A stretch of DNA of 64,000 bases from an uncultured Actinomycetota bacterium (GTDB taxonomy: Bacteria; Actinomycetota; Actinomycetes; Actinomycetales; CAWJMD01): NCBI GenBank assembly GCA_963845675.1, contig CAWJSX010000001.1, forward strand, positions 1,489,268 through 1,553,267. The letters run 5' to 3'. The number at the start of each line of letters is the position of its first letter. Within the stretch, counting starts at the first letter, position 1. Made by a program: the position numbers and the translations under genes. Shown here piece by piece: positions 1 through 9,297 of the stretch. The notes beneath the pieces were generated by a model. It saw nothing but the letters and a program-made list of their open reading frames with translations. It was not told the DNA's origin and searched no databases.

Positions 1-964
1 CAGCCGGCCGAGGGTGGCGCCGCGGCGTCCGGCCAGAACGGCCCGGCCGAGTCGCCGGGCGGCTCGGGCAGCGGGCGGCGAGCCGGGCGGAGGGCGGGCG
101 CCGTCGTCGTCGCCGTCGCTCCGGTGGCGGCGCACAGGCCTCGGGCGAGCCAGCCCGCCAGCAGCTCCGGACGACTGACGACCCCGCTCAGGTGGTCGGC
201 GCACCCCAGCGCGGACATCAGGCCCGCGGCGACCTCCCGGTAGGCCTTCGCGCCCTTCGACGAGCGCGCGGTCGACAGGATCGACCGGCCGAGCGCGGGC
301 GCCTCGGCGAAGCGGATCGACTTCGGGATCGGCGGCAGCAGCACCGGCACGCCGTACCGCTGCTCCAGGTCGGCGAGCACGGCCTGGGCGTGCGACGTGC
401 GCCCGTCGAACATGGTCGGCAGCAGGCCACGGACGAGCAGGTCGCGGTTGAGGATGCGCTGCACGTCGGCGACCGTGTCGAGCAGCTGACCGACGCCGCG
501 GTGGCTGAGCATCTCGCACTGCAGCGGGACGAGGACCTCGTGCGCGGCCGTCAGGGCGTTGAGCGTCAGCACCCCGAGCGACGGGGAGCAGTCGAGCACG
601 ATCACGTCGTAGTCCGGCGTGCAGCGGCTCGAGCAGCGGTCCGCAGCACGTACTCGCGCCCGGGGCGGGCCAGCAGCTGCGCCTCGGTGCCGGCGAGGTC
701 GATCGCGGCGGGCAGCAGGTCCATCCGCTCGGAGATCTCCACCACCAGGTCCGCGGCCGCCACGGTGCCGATGAGCGCGTCGTGGAGGCTGGCGTCGACC
801 TCGTCGGGGTCGACGCCGAGGCTGAACGTCAGGCACGCCTGCGCGTCGAGGTCGACCAGCAGCACGCGCAGGCCCTGCTCGGCGAAGGCCGAACCCAGCG
901 ACGCGACGGTCGTGGTCTTGGCCACCCCGCCCTTCTGGTTGGCCACGGCCAGTACGCGGGTCAC
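1..964 (-). pseudogene. ParA/Soj-family P-loop ATPase, reading frame interrupted; 3' part runs off the window edge
   Basis: ORF 602..964 begins with the deviant Walker A motif AVANQKGGVAKTT and stops prematurely at 602. Reading the reverse complement of ~190-650 by eye, the ParA sequence resumes out of frame (DYDVIVLDCSPSLGVLTLNALTAAHEVLVPLQCE...LLPTMFDGRTSHAQ...IPKSIRFAEAPALGRSI). That frame has no stop before position 1. Confidence 0.75.
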
Positions 965-1088
965 ACGCTCCTCTTCTCTGTCGGCAGGTCGAGAGCGGTG
1001 ACTCTCGGTCGCCGCGGGTCACGGGATCGGATCACCCTTCGCGTGGCATTCTGCCTCGCGGCGCCTCACATGGTGAACAATCCCCCCT

Positions 1089-1467
1089 GTGGAGTTGATC
1101 GCGGAGCTGGGCTCGGGCCCTCGGGAGGTCAGCCGCGCTCGCCGAGCCCTCGCGAGGGCCCTCGACCAGTGGGGCGTCAACGGGGACAGCGCCGACGTCG
1201 CGATCCTGCTCACCAGCGAGCTCGTCACGAACGCGATCCGCCACGGTGCGGCGCCGATCCTGCTCAGCGCCGGACGTCGAGGACTCGAGCCTGCGGGTCG
1301 AGGTGCAGGACCAGGTCGAGGGCGGTGTGGAGGTGCACGACCCCCAGCCCGACGACGAGGACGGTCGAGGCCTCCAGCTCGTGGACGTGCTCGCCGACAA
1401 GTGGGGCTGCGTCCCCGACCGCCGGGGCAAGCAGGTGTGGTTCGTGCTCGGCACGCTCCGCCTCTGA
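1089..1467 (+). pseudogene. RsbW-like anti-sigma-factor serine kinase (HATPase_c), one frameshift near 1265-1275
   Basis: ORF 1089..1511 carries LLTSELVTNAIRHG (N-box-like). The C-terminal half (LRVEVQDQ...DGRGLQLVDVLADKWG...GKQVWFVL) lies in the frame of ORF 1246..1467. Confidence 0.6.
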
Positions 1468-1516
1468 CCACGCCCTTCACGTCCCGTCGCCCGGCCCCGT
1501 CGTCGAGGTGAGGGCG

Positions 1517-2359
1517 TCACGGACGAAGCACCGGCAGCACGCCCAGCGCCTCGATGCGCTCGAGCGCCGCGGGCGAGGTCCGGTTCTCGCCGAGGCGGTT
1601 CTGCTTGCCGGTGCCGTGGTAGTCGCTGGCGCCCGTCTCGAGCAGGTCGTGCGCCCGCGCGATCGCGCGGAGCCGCCGCCGTGCGTCCGCGTCGTGGTCC
1701 CGGTGCTCGACCTCGACCCCCACCAGGCCGGCGGCCACCATCTCGTCGATGAGGTCCTCGCCCATCACGCGACCACGTGCGACGGCCAGGGCGTGGGCCA
1801 GAACGGGGACTCCGCCGGCGCCCAGTACGAGGCGCACCGCGTCGACAGGGTCGGGGGCGTCGTGCGAGACGTGGTAGCGCGAGTCCTTGGCCAGCACGGT
1901 GGCGAAGGCCTCGTCGCGATCCGCCACCAGCCCCTTGGCGACCATCGCGTCGGCGAGGTGCGGGCGGCCGATCGTCGCGCCCTCGTCGACGTGCTCGAGC
2001 ACGTCCTCCCAGGTGAGGGGGTAGTCCTCGCCCAGCCTCGCCACCATCAGCTCGGCGCGGTGCTCGCGGGACGTCCGCGACGTCTCGAGCTCGGCCAGCA
2101 GCGCCTCGTCCGCCGGGTCCTGCAGGTAGGACAGCAGGTGGATGCTCAACCCGTCGCGGTCGCAGGAGACCTCGATCCCGCGCACCAGCGAGATCCCGTG
2201 CTGCTCAGCGGCTCCGGCGGCTGCCGCCCAGCCCGTGGTGGTGTCGTGGTCCGTCAGCGCCAGCACGTCCACCCCGGCGTCGGCCGCCTCGGCGACGACC
2301 AGCGCCGGAGGACCCGTGCCGTCCGAGGCGGTGGAGTGGGTGTGGAGGTCGATCAGCAC
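1517..2359 (-). CDS. PHP-domain metal-dependent phosphoesterase (TrpH/YciV-like)
   Basis: Intact 280-aa ORF with N-terminal MLIDLHTHSTASDG and LALTDHDT motifs typical of the PHP family. Confidence 0.85.
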   Translation of the reverse strand: MLIDLHTHSTASDGTGPPALVVAEAADAGVDVLALTDHDTTTGWAAAAGAAEQHGISLVRGIEVSCDRDGLSIHLLSYLQDPADEALLAELETSRTSREHRAELMVARLGEDYPLTWEDVLEHVDEGATIGRPHLADAMVAKGLVADRDEAFATVLAKDSRYHVSHDAPDPVDAVRLVLGAGGVPVLAHALAVARGRVMGEDLIDEMVAAGLVGVEVEHRDHDADARRRLRAIARAHDLLETGASDYHGTGKQNRLGENRTSPAALERIEALGVLPVLRP

Positions 2360-2413
2360 GCGCTCAGCGTAGGGGCGCAGGTGACGACCGACGGCGCACG
2401 GCCCGCCGGCCCG

Positions 2414-2917
2414 TCAGCCCGCGGCGGGGGTGGGACGGCCCGGGTGCTCGCCCCCGCGAGCGTCCAGGTAGCTCTGCTTCGGCACCATCACCGCACGCTG
2501 GAACACGCACACCAGCACCCCGTCCTGGTTGTATCCGCGGGTCTCGACGTTCACGACACCACGGTCGTCCTTGCTGGACGACTCCCGCTTGTCGAGCACC
2601 GTCGTCTCTCCGTACAGCGTGTCCCCGTGGAAGGTCGGCGCGACGTGCCGCAGCGACGAGACCTCCAGGTTGGCGATGGCCTTGCCGGAGACGTCCGGGA
2701 CGCTCATGCCCAGCAGGAGCGAGTACACGTAGTTGCCGACGACGACGTTCCGGCCCTGCGGCGTGGTGGCTGCGTAGTTCGCGTCCAGGTGCAACGGGTG
2801 GTGGTTCATCGTCAGCAGGCAGAACAGGTGGTCGTCGTACTCCGTCACCGTCTTGCCCGGCCAGTGCCGGTAGACCGCACCGGGCTCGAACTCCTCGAAG
2901 GTGCGACCGAACTGCAT
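2414..2917 (-). CDS. MaoC-family (R)-hydratase/dehydratase
   Basis: Hot-dog fold sequence (TEYDDHLFCLLTMNHHPLHLD...GNYVYSLLLGMSV). I chose the ATG at 2917 (MQFGRTFEEF), which is preceded by AGGAGGAC, rather than the ORF maximum at 3001. Confidence 0.8.
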   Translation of the reverse strand: MQFGRTFEEFEPGAVYRHWPGKTVTEYDDHLFCLLTMNHHPLHLDANYAATTPQGRNVVVGNYVYSLLLGMSVPDVSGKAIANLEVSSLRHVAPTFHGDTLYGETTVLDKRESSSKDDRGVVNVETRGYNQDGVLVCVFQRAVMVPKQSYLDARGGEHPGRPTPAAG

Positions 2918-3044
2918 GAGGTCCTCCTGGTGACGGGCAGCGGCCGCGTCTCTGCCCGCTGGACTGCGGCCATCCTGCCGGGTGGGGGCGTGCCGGCCCA
3001 CACTCCGCGGGCGTGGGCTCGATCACGTGGAAGGATCGGCGGCC

Positions 3045-4591
3045 ATGACCGACGAGACCCAGCCGATGTCCGAGCGTGGCGACAACCGGAGCCAGCGACC
3101 GTCGTCGGCCGCCTTCCGCGCGTTCATCGCCGCCGGATGGGCGCCGCGACCCGACGCGCTCCCGGCCCGTGCCCCGGTGGCCGACCACGCGGCTGCCCGG
3201 CGCGAGGCGGTCGGGGCGCGCTTCCCGGGCGAGCGGCTCGTGCTGCCGGCCGGCCCGCTGCAGGTGCGCAGCAACGACAGCGACTACCGGTTCCGCCCGC
3301 ACTCGGCCTTCGCCCACCTGACCGGGCTGGGCACCGACCGCGAGCCGGACGCGGTCCTGGTGCTGCACCCGACCGACGAGGGGGACACCACGCACGACGC
3401 CGTGCTCTACTTCCGCCCGCGCGCCGAGCGCGACACCGAGGAGTTCTACGCCGACTCCCGGTACGGCGAGCTGTGGGTCGGTGTGCGACCGAGCCTGGCC
3501 GAGGTCGAGGCCGAGCTCGGCCTGCGGTGCGCCCACATCGACGAGCTCGGCGACGCGTTGCGCAAGGACGTCGGGCAGGACGGGGTGCGCCTGCGGGTCG
3601 TCCCCGACGCGGACGCCGCCGTCACGGGCGCCGTCGACCGCGGCCCGCGCCGCCACCGGGCTGAGCGACGAGGAGTACGCGGCCGCGGACGCCGCCCTCG
3701 CCGAGACGCTCTCGGAGCTGCGCCTGGTCAAGGACGCGTGGGAGATCGAGCAGATGCGAGAGGCCGTCGACGCGAGCGTGCGCGGCTTCGCCGAGATCGT
3801 CCGCGTCCCTGCCCGAGGCGGTCGGCCACGCACGCGGCGAGCGGGTCGTCGAGACGGCCTTCGGCACGACGGCGCGGCGCGAGGGCAACGGCACCGGCTA
3901 CGACACGATCGCGGCCTCGGGACCGCACGCGTGCACGCTGCACTGGATCCGCAACGACGGCCAGGTGCGCGAGGGTGACCTGCTCCTCGTCGACGCCGGG
4001 GTCGAGGTCGACTCGCTGTACACCGCGGACGTCACGCGGACCCTGCCCGTCGACGGGACCTTCACCGACGACCAGCGGAAGGTCTACGAGGCCGTCCTCG
4101 AGGCGGCCGACGCGGCGTTCGCGGTCGCCCGGCCCGGCTCGCGCTTCCGCGACCTGCACGAGGCCGCCATGCAGGTGATCGCGAGACGGCTGGCCGAGTG
4201 GGGCCTGCTGCCGGTGAGCGCCGAGGAGTCACTCGACCCGGAGACCGGTGGCTACCACCGACGCTGGATGGTCCACGGCACGTCGCACCACCTCGGCCTC
4301 GACGTGCACGACTGCGCGCAGGCGCGGCGCGAGATGTACCTGGACGCCGTGCTCGAGCCGGGGATGGTGTTCACGATCGAACCCGGTCTGTACTTCAAGG
4401 AGGACGACGAGTCGGTCCCCGCCGAGCTTCGCGGCGTCGGCGTGCGCATCGAGGACGACGTGGTCGTGACCGCGGACGGCTGCGAGAACCTGTCGGGCGC
4501 CCTCCCCCGCACCAGCCAGGACGTGGAGCGGTGGATGGCGTCACTGCGCACCCCGCCGACCCCGGCGACGGGTGCGGCGGAGCTCCCGTGA
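3045..4591 (+). pseudogene. Xaa-Pro aminopeptidase (M24B, aminopeptidase P family), two frameshifts (~3625-3640 and ~3805-3810)
   Basis: The protein is spread over three frames. ORF 2982..4178 holds the N-terminal part (SNDSDYRFRPHSAFAHLTG). ORF 3481..3978 holds LRLVKDAWEIEQMREAVDAS. ORF 3965..4591 holds LLLVDAGVEVDSLYTADVTRT...HGTSHHLGLDVHD...VFTIEPGLY...GVRIEDDV. Confidence 0.8.
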
Positions 4592-5169
4592 CGGCTCCGC
4601 CACCTCTCGACGATCGGGACCGGCTCAAGCGCCGGAACACGGCCGTGGCCATGGGCTTCGGTGTCGTCCTGTGCATCGTGGCGATCGTGATGGCGGTGAA
4701 CTCGATCAGCACGATCGGCGAGGGCAGCGAGGACCCCTTCGGCGTTCCGGGCAGCACACAGGCCGGTGGTCTCCCGGGGCCTGCGTCCACCCCGACTGAC
4801 GGCGCGACCACCGCGCCGCCCGCGGAACCCGCCCCCGCCATCCAGTTCTCCTCGCCCAGCGGCAACATCGGCTGCTACCTGACCGTGGAGGTGGCCCGCT
4901 GCGACATCGAGGAGCGCGAGTGGGAGCCGACGGCGACGCCTCCCTCCTGCACGGCGATCTGGGGCCAGGGCCTCGTCGTCGCCGCCGGCGAGGCCCAGCT
5001 GACGTGTGCGCGCAGCAGCGTGCTCGGCCCCGAGCAGCAGCTGGCGTACGGGCGCAGCATCAGCGCCGGCACCTTCGCGTGCAGCTCGAGCGAGGCGGGC
5101 ATGCGTTGCGAGAACACGGCCACCGGCAAGGGGTTCTCGGTCTCGCGCAAGACGTTCACGGTCTTCTGA
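4588..5169 (+). CDS. Hypothetical membrane-anchored, Cys-rich extracytoplasmic protein
   Basis: The GTG at 4588 overlaps the pepP-like stop (GTGA). One TM segment (AVAMGFGVVLCIVAIVMAV), a Pro/Thr linker, then a ~110-aa domain with six Cys (GNIGCYL...ARCDIE...PSCTAIWG...LTCARS...FACSS...MRCEN). Confidence 0.55.
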   Translation: MTAPPPLDDRDRLKRRNTAVAMGFGVVLCIVAIVMAVNSISTIGEGSEDPFGVPGSTQAGGLPGPASTPTDGATTAPPAEPAPAIQFSSPSGNIGCYLTVEVARCDIEEREWEPTATPPSCTAIWGQGLVVAAGEAQLTCARSSVLGPEQQLAYGRSISAGTFACSSSEAGMRCENTATGKGFSVSRKTFTVF

Positions 5170-5218
5170 TCCGGCGCCTCGCTGGCCGGACGCCGTCGGC
5201 CTGTGGTCCCCTGAGCCC

Positions 5219-6175
5219 GTGATCACGGACGTGCCGGGTGTGATGGTCGGCCACGCGCAACGGGTCGGAGACGGGTGGGCGACCGGCGTGACGGTCGTCG
5301 TGCCTCCACCCGGAACCGTGGGTGGGGTCGACGTCCGGGGCGGCGGGCCCGCGACGCACGAGACCGACGCGCTGGCGCCGGGGACGCTGGTCGACACCGT
5401 CGACGCCGTGGTCCTGGCCGGCGGCAGCGCGTACGGGCTGGTCAGCGTCCACGGGGTGCAGCGGTGGTGCGAGGAGCAGGGGCGCGGCTTCCGGGTCGCC
5501 GAGGACCTCGTCGTGCCGGTCGTCCCGGCCGCCGCCCTCTTCGACCTCGGTCGCGGCGGCGACCCTACGGCCCGGCCCGACGCCGAGATGGGATACACCG
5601 CAGCGACGTCCGCGCGTCCGGGACCTCCGGAGCTCGGGTGCGTCGGTGCGGGCACGGGAGCCGTCTGCGCGGGCGGTCAGGTGAAGGGTGGCGTCGGCAG
5701 CGCCAGCGTCCGCCTCGCCGGCGGGGTGGTCGTCGGCGCGCTCGCGGTCGTCAACGCCGCCGGCGGCCTGCGCACGGATACCGCGACACCGAGCGACCCA
5801 GGCGTGCCTCCCCGCGGGGCGTCCGGCCCGCTCAACACCACGCTCGTCGTCGTCGCGACCAACGCGCGCCTCGACGTCGCCGAGGCGACGCGCCTGGCCT
5901 CGTCGTCGCACGACGGTCTGGCGCGGGCCTTGGACCCGGTGCACGCGCTGGTGGACGGCGACGTGGTCTTCGCGCTGTCGACCGGCGAGATCGACTCCGC
6001 CGCAGCAGGTCCGGAGCCCACGGACGGCCAGTGGCCAGGTGCGGCACGGGTCCAGGGGCTGGTCGCCCTCCAGGCCGCCGGCGCGCTCGCGGTCGAGCGC
6101 GCCGTCCGTGACGGGGTGCTGCGAGCAACGGTGGTGCCCGGCGTGCAGGCGCAGCCGCTCTCAGGGACGGCCTGA
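5219..6175 (+). CDS. P1/S58 family peptidase (DmpA/L-aminopeptidase-like)
   Basis: VITDVPGVMVGHAQ...GVTVVV..., GGGPATHETD, NTTLVVVATNARL and DGDVVFALSTG match the DmpA family pattern. The start (GTG 5219) is uncertain. Confidence 0.75.
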   Translation: MITDVPGVMVGHAQRVGDGWATGVTVVVPPPGTVGGVDVRGGGPATHETDALAPGTLVDTVDAVVLAGGSAYGLVSVHGVQRWCEEQGRGFRVAEDLVVPVVPAAALFDLGRGGDPTARPDAEMGYTAATSARPGPPELGCVGAGTGAVCAGGQVKGGVGSASVRLAGGVVVGALAVVNAAGGLRTDTATPSDPGVPPRGASGPLNTTLVVVATNARLDVAEATRLASSSHDGLARALDPVHALVDGDVVFALSTGEIDSAAAGPEPTDGQWPGAARVQGLVALQAAGALAVERAVRDGVLRATVVPGVQAQPLSGTA

Positions 6176-6871
6176 GGAGTCCTCGCCCTCGGTGGCCCGG
6201 TCCGCGGTCCGCTCCTGCTCGAGTCGCATGGCCTCGTCGGCCTCGACCTGCTGCTGCCGCTCCGCCTTCTGCCTGGCCAGCATCTCGCTGTACGTGGGGC
6301 CGGTCACAGGGGTCGACGGCACCGACGGCTCCTTCGTGGTGGTCACCATCGGCTCGACCCGCTGGGCACGGGGCGCCCCGGCGCCGCCTAGCCCGCCGAG
6401 CACCCGGACGGCCTCGGCGGCGTGCTCGTCCGCGCACCAGACCGCGTACTCGCTGGCCACGATCTGGCTCGTCGAGGTGAAGTCGCGGCGGCCGCCCGTG
6501 GCCGCGAACGAGATGACGCCGAAGATGATCCCGAAGCCGGCGCCGATGAGGACGCCGGCGATCAACGTGATCCCCAGCTGTCCCGGCTCGGCGAACAGAC
6601 CGAGCAGCAGGCCGACGAAACCGCCGAAGTAGGCGCCGGAGAAGGTCCCGGCGGCGGCGACACGCGGGTAGGTGAGCCGACCGGTGACGCGCTCGACCAT
6701 CTTGAGGTCGGTGCCCACGATCGACACGTGCTGCACCGCGAACTTCTCGTCCGACAGGTAGTCCACGGCACGCTGGGCGTCGAGGTAGTTGCGGTATGAC
6801 GCGATCGGGCGGCCCGGCGGCGGGGCGGGAACCAGTCCGCGACGTCCGCCGGTTGGGCTCAGGTTCGACAT
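6161..6871 (-). CDS. General-stress-type membrane protein (N-terminal YflT-like domain plus glycine-zipper TM segments)
   Basis: Intact 236-aa ORF. YLDAQRAVDYLSDEKFAVQHVSIVGTDL is followed by G-rich TM helices (GAYFGGFVGLLLGLF, GVLIGAGFGIIFGVI) and an acidic tail. Confidence 0.6.
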   Translation of the reverse strand: MSNLSPTGGRRGLVPAPPPGRPIASYRNYLDAQRAVDYLSDEKFAVQHVSIVGTDLKMVERVTGRLTYPRVAAAGTFSGAYFGGFVGLLLGLFAEPGQLGITLIAGVLIGAGFGIIFGVISFAATGGRRDFTSTSQIVASEYAVWCADEHAAEAVRVLGGLGGAGAPRAQRVEPMVTTTKEPSVPSTPVTGPTYSEMLARQKAERQQQVEADEAMRLEQERTADRATEGEDSSGRP

Positions 6872-6933
6872 GGAGGCATCGTGTCACGCGGGCCTGGGCG
6901 TCGCCTGCAGAGCCCCTGGGCGCCGACTGGGCG

Positions 6934-8142
6934 TCAGCCCTTCAGCTTGTACTCCTCCAGGAGCCTCCGCCCGATGATCATCCGCTGGATGTCGGCCGTC
7001 CCCTCCCCGATCAGGAGCATCGGCGCCTCGCGGTAGAGGCGCTCGATCTCGTACTCCTTGGAGTAGCCGTAGCCGCCGTGGATGCGGAACGCGTCCTCGA
7101 CCACCTCCTTGCAGTACTCCGACGCCAGGTACTTCGCCATCCCGGCCTCGAGGTCGTTGCGCTGTCCGGAGTCCTTCTGCCGTGCAGCCATCACCATCAT
7201 CTGGTGCGCCGCCTCGACCTTCGTCGCCATCTCGGCGATGCGGAACAGGACGGCCTGGTGCTCGGCGATCTTCTTGCCGAACGCCTCTCGCTCCTGGGCG
7301 TACCTCGTGCCGAGCTCGAACGCCCGCATCGCGAGGCCGCAGGCTCGCGCCGCGACGTTGACGCGGCCGACCTCCACGCCGTCCATCATCTGGTAGAAGC
7401 CGCGCCCGGTGGCGCCGCCGAGCACCTGGGACGCGGTCGTCCGGTACCCCTCGAAGACGGCCCCGGTCGAGTCGACGCCCTTGTAGCCCATCTTCTCGAT
7501 CTTGGGTGGGATCGTGAGGGTGCCGTCGGCCTGCGGACCGAAGCCGGTCTCCTTCTCGACGAGGAACGTCGTCATGTTGCGGTGCGGCTGGCCCTCGTTC
7601 GCCGAGCCCTCGTCGGTCTTGACGAGAACCGCGAGCAGGTTCGAGGTGCCGCCGTTGGTGATCCACAGCTTCTCGCCGTCGATGACGAAGTCGTCGCCGT
7701 CCCGCCTGGCACGCGTGCGGATCGCGGAGACGTCGGAGCCGCAGCCCGGCTCGCTCATCGAGAACGAGCCGCGCAGCTCGCCCGTGGCCATCCGCGGCAG
7801 GTACCGCTGCTTCTGCTCGTCGGTGCCGTGCTGCAGAAGCATGTAGGCGAGGATGAAGTGCGTGTTGATGATGCCTGAGACGCTCATCCAGCCCCGGGCG
7901 ATCTCCTCGACGGTGAGGGCGTACGTCAGCAGTGACTCACCGAGACCGCCGTACTCCTCGGGGATCATCAGGCCGAAGATCCCCATCTCCTTCATCGCCT
8001 CGACGATCTCGGACGGGTACTCGTCGGCGTGCTCGAGGGCCTGGGCGTTGGGGATGATCTGCTCGTCGACGAACTGGCGCACCAGCTTGAGCAGCTCGCG
8101 CTGGTCGTCGGTCAGTCCCTCGGTGTGCTGCAGGCGTCCCAT
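6934..8142 (-). CDS. Acyl-CoA dehydrogenase
   Basis: Intact 402-aa ORF with SMSEPGCGSD, KLWITNG and FRIHGGYGYSKEYEIERLYREA motifs. Confidence 0.9.
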   Translation of the reverse strand: MGRLQHTEGLTDDQRELLKLVRQFVDEQIIPNAQALEHADEYPSEIVEAMKEMGIFGLMIPEEYGGLGESLLTYALTVEEIARGWMSVSGIINTHFILAYMLLQHGTDEQKQRYLPRMATGELRGSFSMSEPGCGSDVSAIRTRARRDGDDFVIDGEKLWITNGGTSNLLAVLVKTDEGSANEGQPHRNMTTFLVEKETGFGPQADGTLTIPPKIEKMGYKGVDSTGAVFEGYRTTASQVLGGATGRGFYQMMDGVEVGRVNVAARACGLAMRAFELGTRYAQEREAFGKKIAEHQAVLFRIAEMATKVEAAHQMMVMAARQKDSGQRNDLEAGMAKYLASEYCKEVVEDAFRIHGGYGYSKEYEIERLYREAPMLLIGEGTADIQRMIIGRRLLEEYKLKG

Positions 8143-8304
8143 CCCATGCGCTCCTCGGTCTGCTCGCGAGGCCGGTGCCCGCCGTCGGGCAGCCGTCCGG
8201 GCCGACGTCGTCCTGGCCTGCTGACGAGTATGTCGAGCGAGGTCGCGCCGGCGCAGTGCCGGCGGCTGTGAGCCTGGCCACGGCCCGCCGGTGGGAGGAG
8301 GAGC

Positions 8305-9186
8305 TCAGTACACCCAGACGGCGCTGCTGCGCGGCATGAGGTTCTCGGCCCACACCATGTCCATCGCCGCGATGGTCACCCGCGCGCACCCGTGCGAGGC
8401 CGGGTGTGCGGGGACGCTCGTGTACCCGTGGACGGCGATGCCGTCCGGGTGGAAGTAGCGCGGCCGGTAGAGGTTGCCGAGCGCGCCGTCCCGCCACCCG
8501 TCGTACGTCCACGTGACGTCGAAGCGGCCCTCGGGGGTGTCCGCGAGCAAGGTGCGGCCGTCGTGGCGGTACGTCTCGAACGTGCCGGTCGAGGTGTGCA
8601 GTGCCAACCTGACGGTTCCGTCCTGCACGAAGCTGATCACGCCTGCGGCGCGGTCGATCTCGGTCACCGAGCCGGTGCTGCTACGGGCCGCGGGCCGGGT
8701 GCCGGCGTCGAGCGCCATCCGCGTCTGCGGCCCGACCCGACCGTCGCGGCCGATGTCGGCGACCCCCTGGAGCGCGAGGACGGCCTGCGCGGTGAGCAGC
8801 CCGTACTCGCCGTCCGGCGTGCCCAGCCAGTAGCCGAGGTCGGTCAGCCGCTGCTGGAGCGCCATCACCTCGGGCCCCGAGTCGTCCCGCTGCAGGACAG
8901 TTCCCTTCGACGGGGTGGGCGCAGGTGTGGTGGGCGCCGGCGTCGACGGCGTGGGACTCGTGGTCGGTGGCGCGGACGTCGGTGGCGTCGACGTCGGTGG
9001 GGCGTTCGTCGGTGGCACGGACGGCGGGACGGACGTCGGCGGGACTGACGTCGGCGGAGCGGAGGTCGTGGTGGTCGGCGGCCCGTCCCCGTCGTCGGTG
9101 CCCGTACCGCAGGCGGTGACGACGAGCGCGAGGACGATCCCGGCGCCGACGGCCCGTCGCGCGGTGCGCGTGCGTCGGTGCGTCAT
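8305..9186 (-). CDS. L,D-transpeptidase lipoprotein with peptidoglycan-binding domain
   Basis: Lipobox LALVVTACG, a Pro/Thr-rich repeat linker (PPTSVPPTSVPPSVPPTNAPPTSTPPTSAPP), a PG_binding_1-like segment (LQQRLTDLGYWLG...GLLTAQAVLALQ) and a YkuD catalytic motif (HGYTSVPAHPASHGCARV). I chose the ATG at 9186, which has AGGAG upstream. Confidence 0.85.
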   Translation of the reverse strand: MTHRRTRTARRAVGAGIVLALVVTACGTGTDDGDGPPTTTTSAPPTSVPPTSVPPSVPPTNAPPTSTPPTSAPPTTSPTPSTPAPTTPAPTPSKGTVLQRDDSGPEVMALQQRLTDLGYWLGTPDGEYGLLTAQAVLALQGVADIGRDGRVGPQTRMALDAGTRPAARSSTGSVTEIDRAAGVISFVQDGTVRLALHTSTGTFETYRHDGRTLLADTPEGRFDVTWTYDGWRDGALGNLYRPRYFHPDGIAVHGYTSVPAHPASHGCARVTIAAMDMVWAENLMPRSSAVWVY

Positions 9187-9297
9187 GGTGCTCCTTGGCG
9201 GTCGAGGGCGTTTCACCGTGTACGACTCGCCTCGGCGGCGGGACGTTGCCTCGATCAGGTCACCATCGGGTCACGAGGCCAACGGGTGTGGCCCGCC

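Noticed and set aside
782-3664. 960-aa ORF on the plus strand, and similar very long ORFs such as 15328..17688 (786 aa, minus) and 20221..22311 (696 aa, plus)
   Set aside because: These are Arg/Pro/Gly/Ala-rich shadow frames typical of high-GC DNA. They run antisense to, or across, several genes with clear homology (ParA, PHP, MaoC; GspE, Mrp; rseA, sigE). Only the last third of 20221..22311 is real (the O-methyltransferase).
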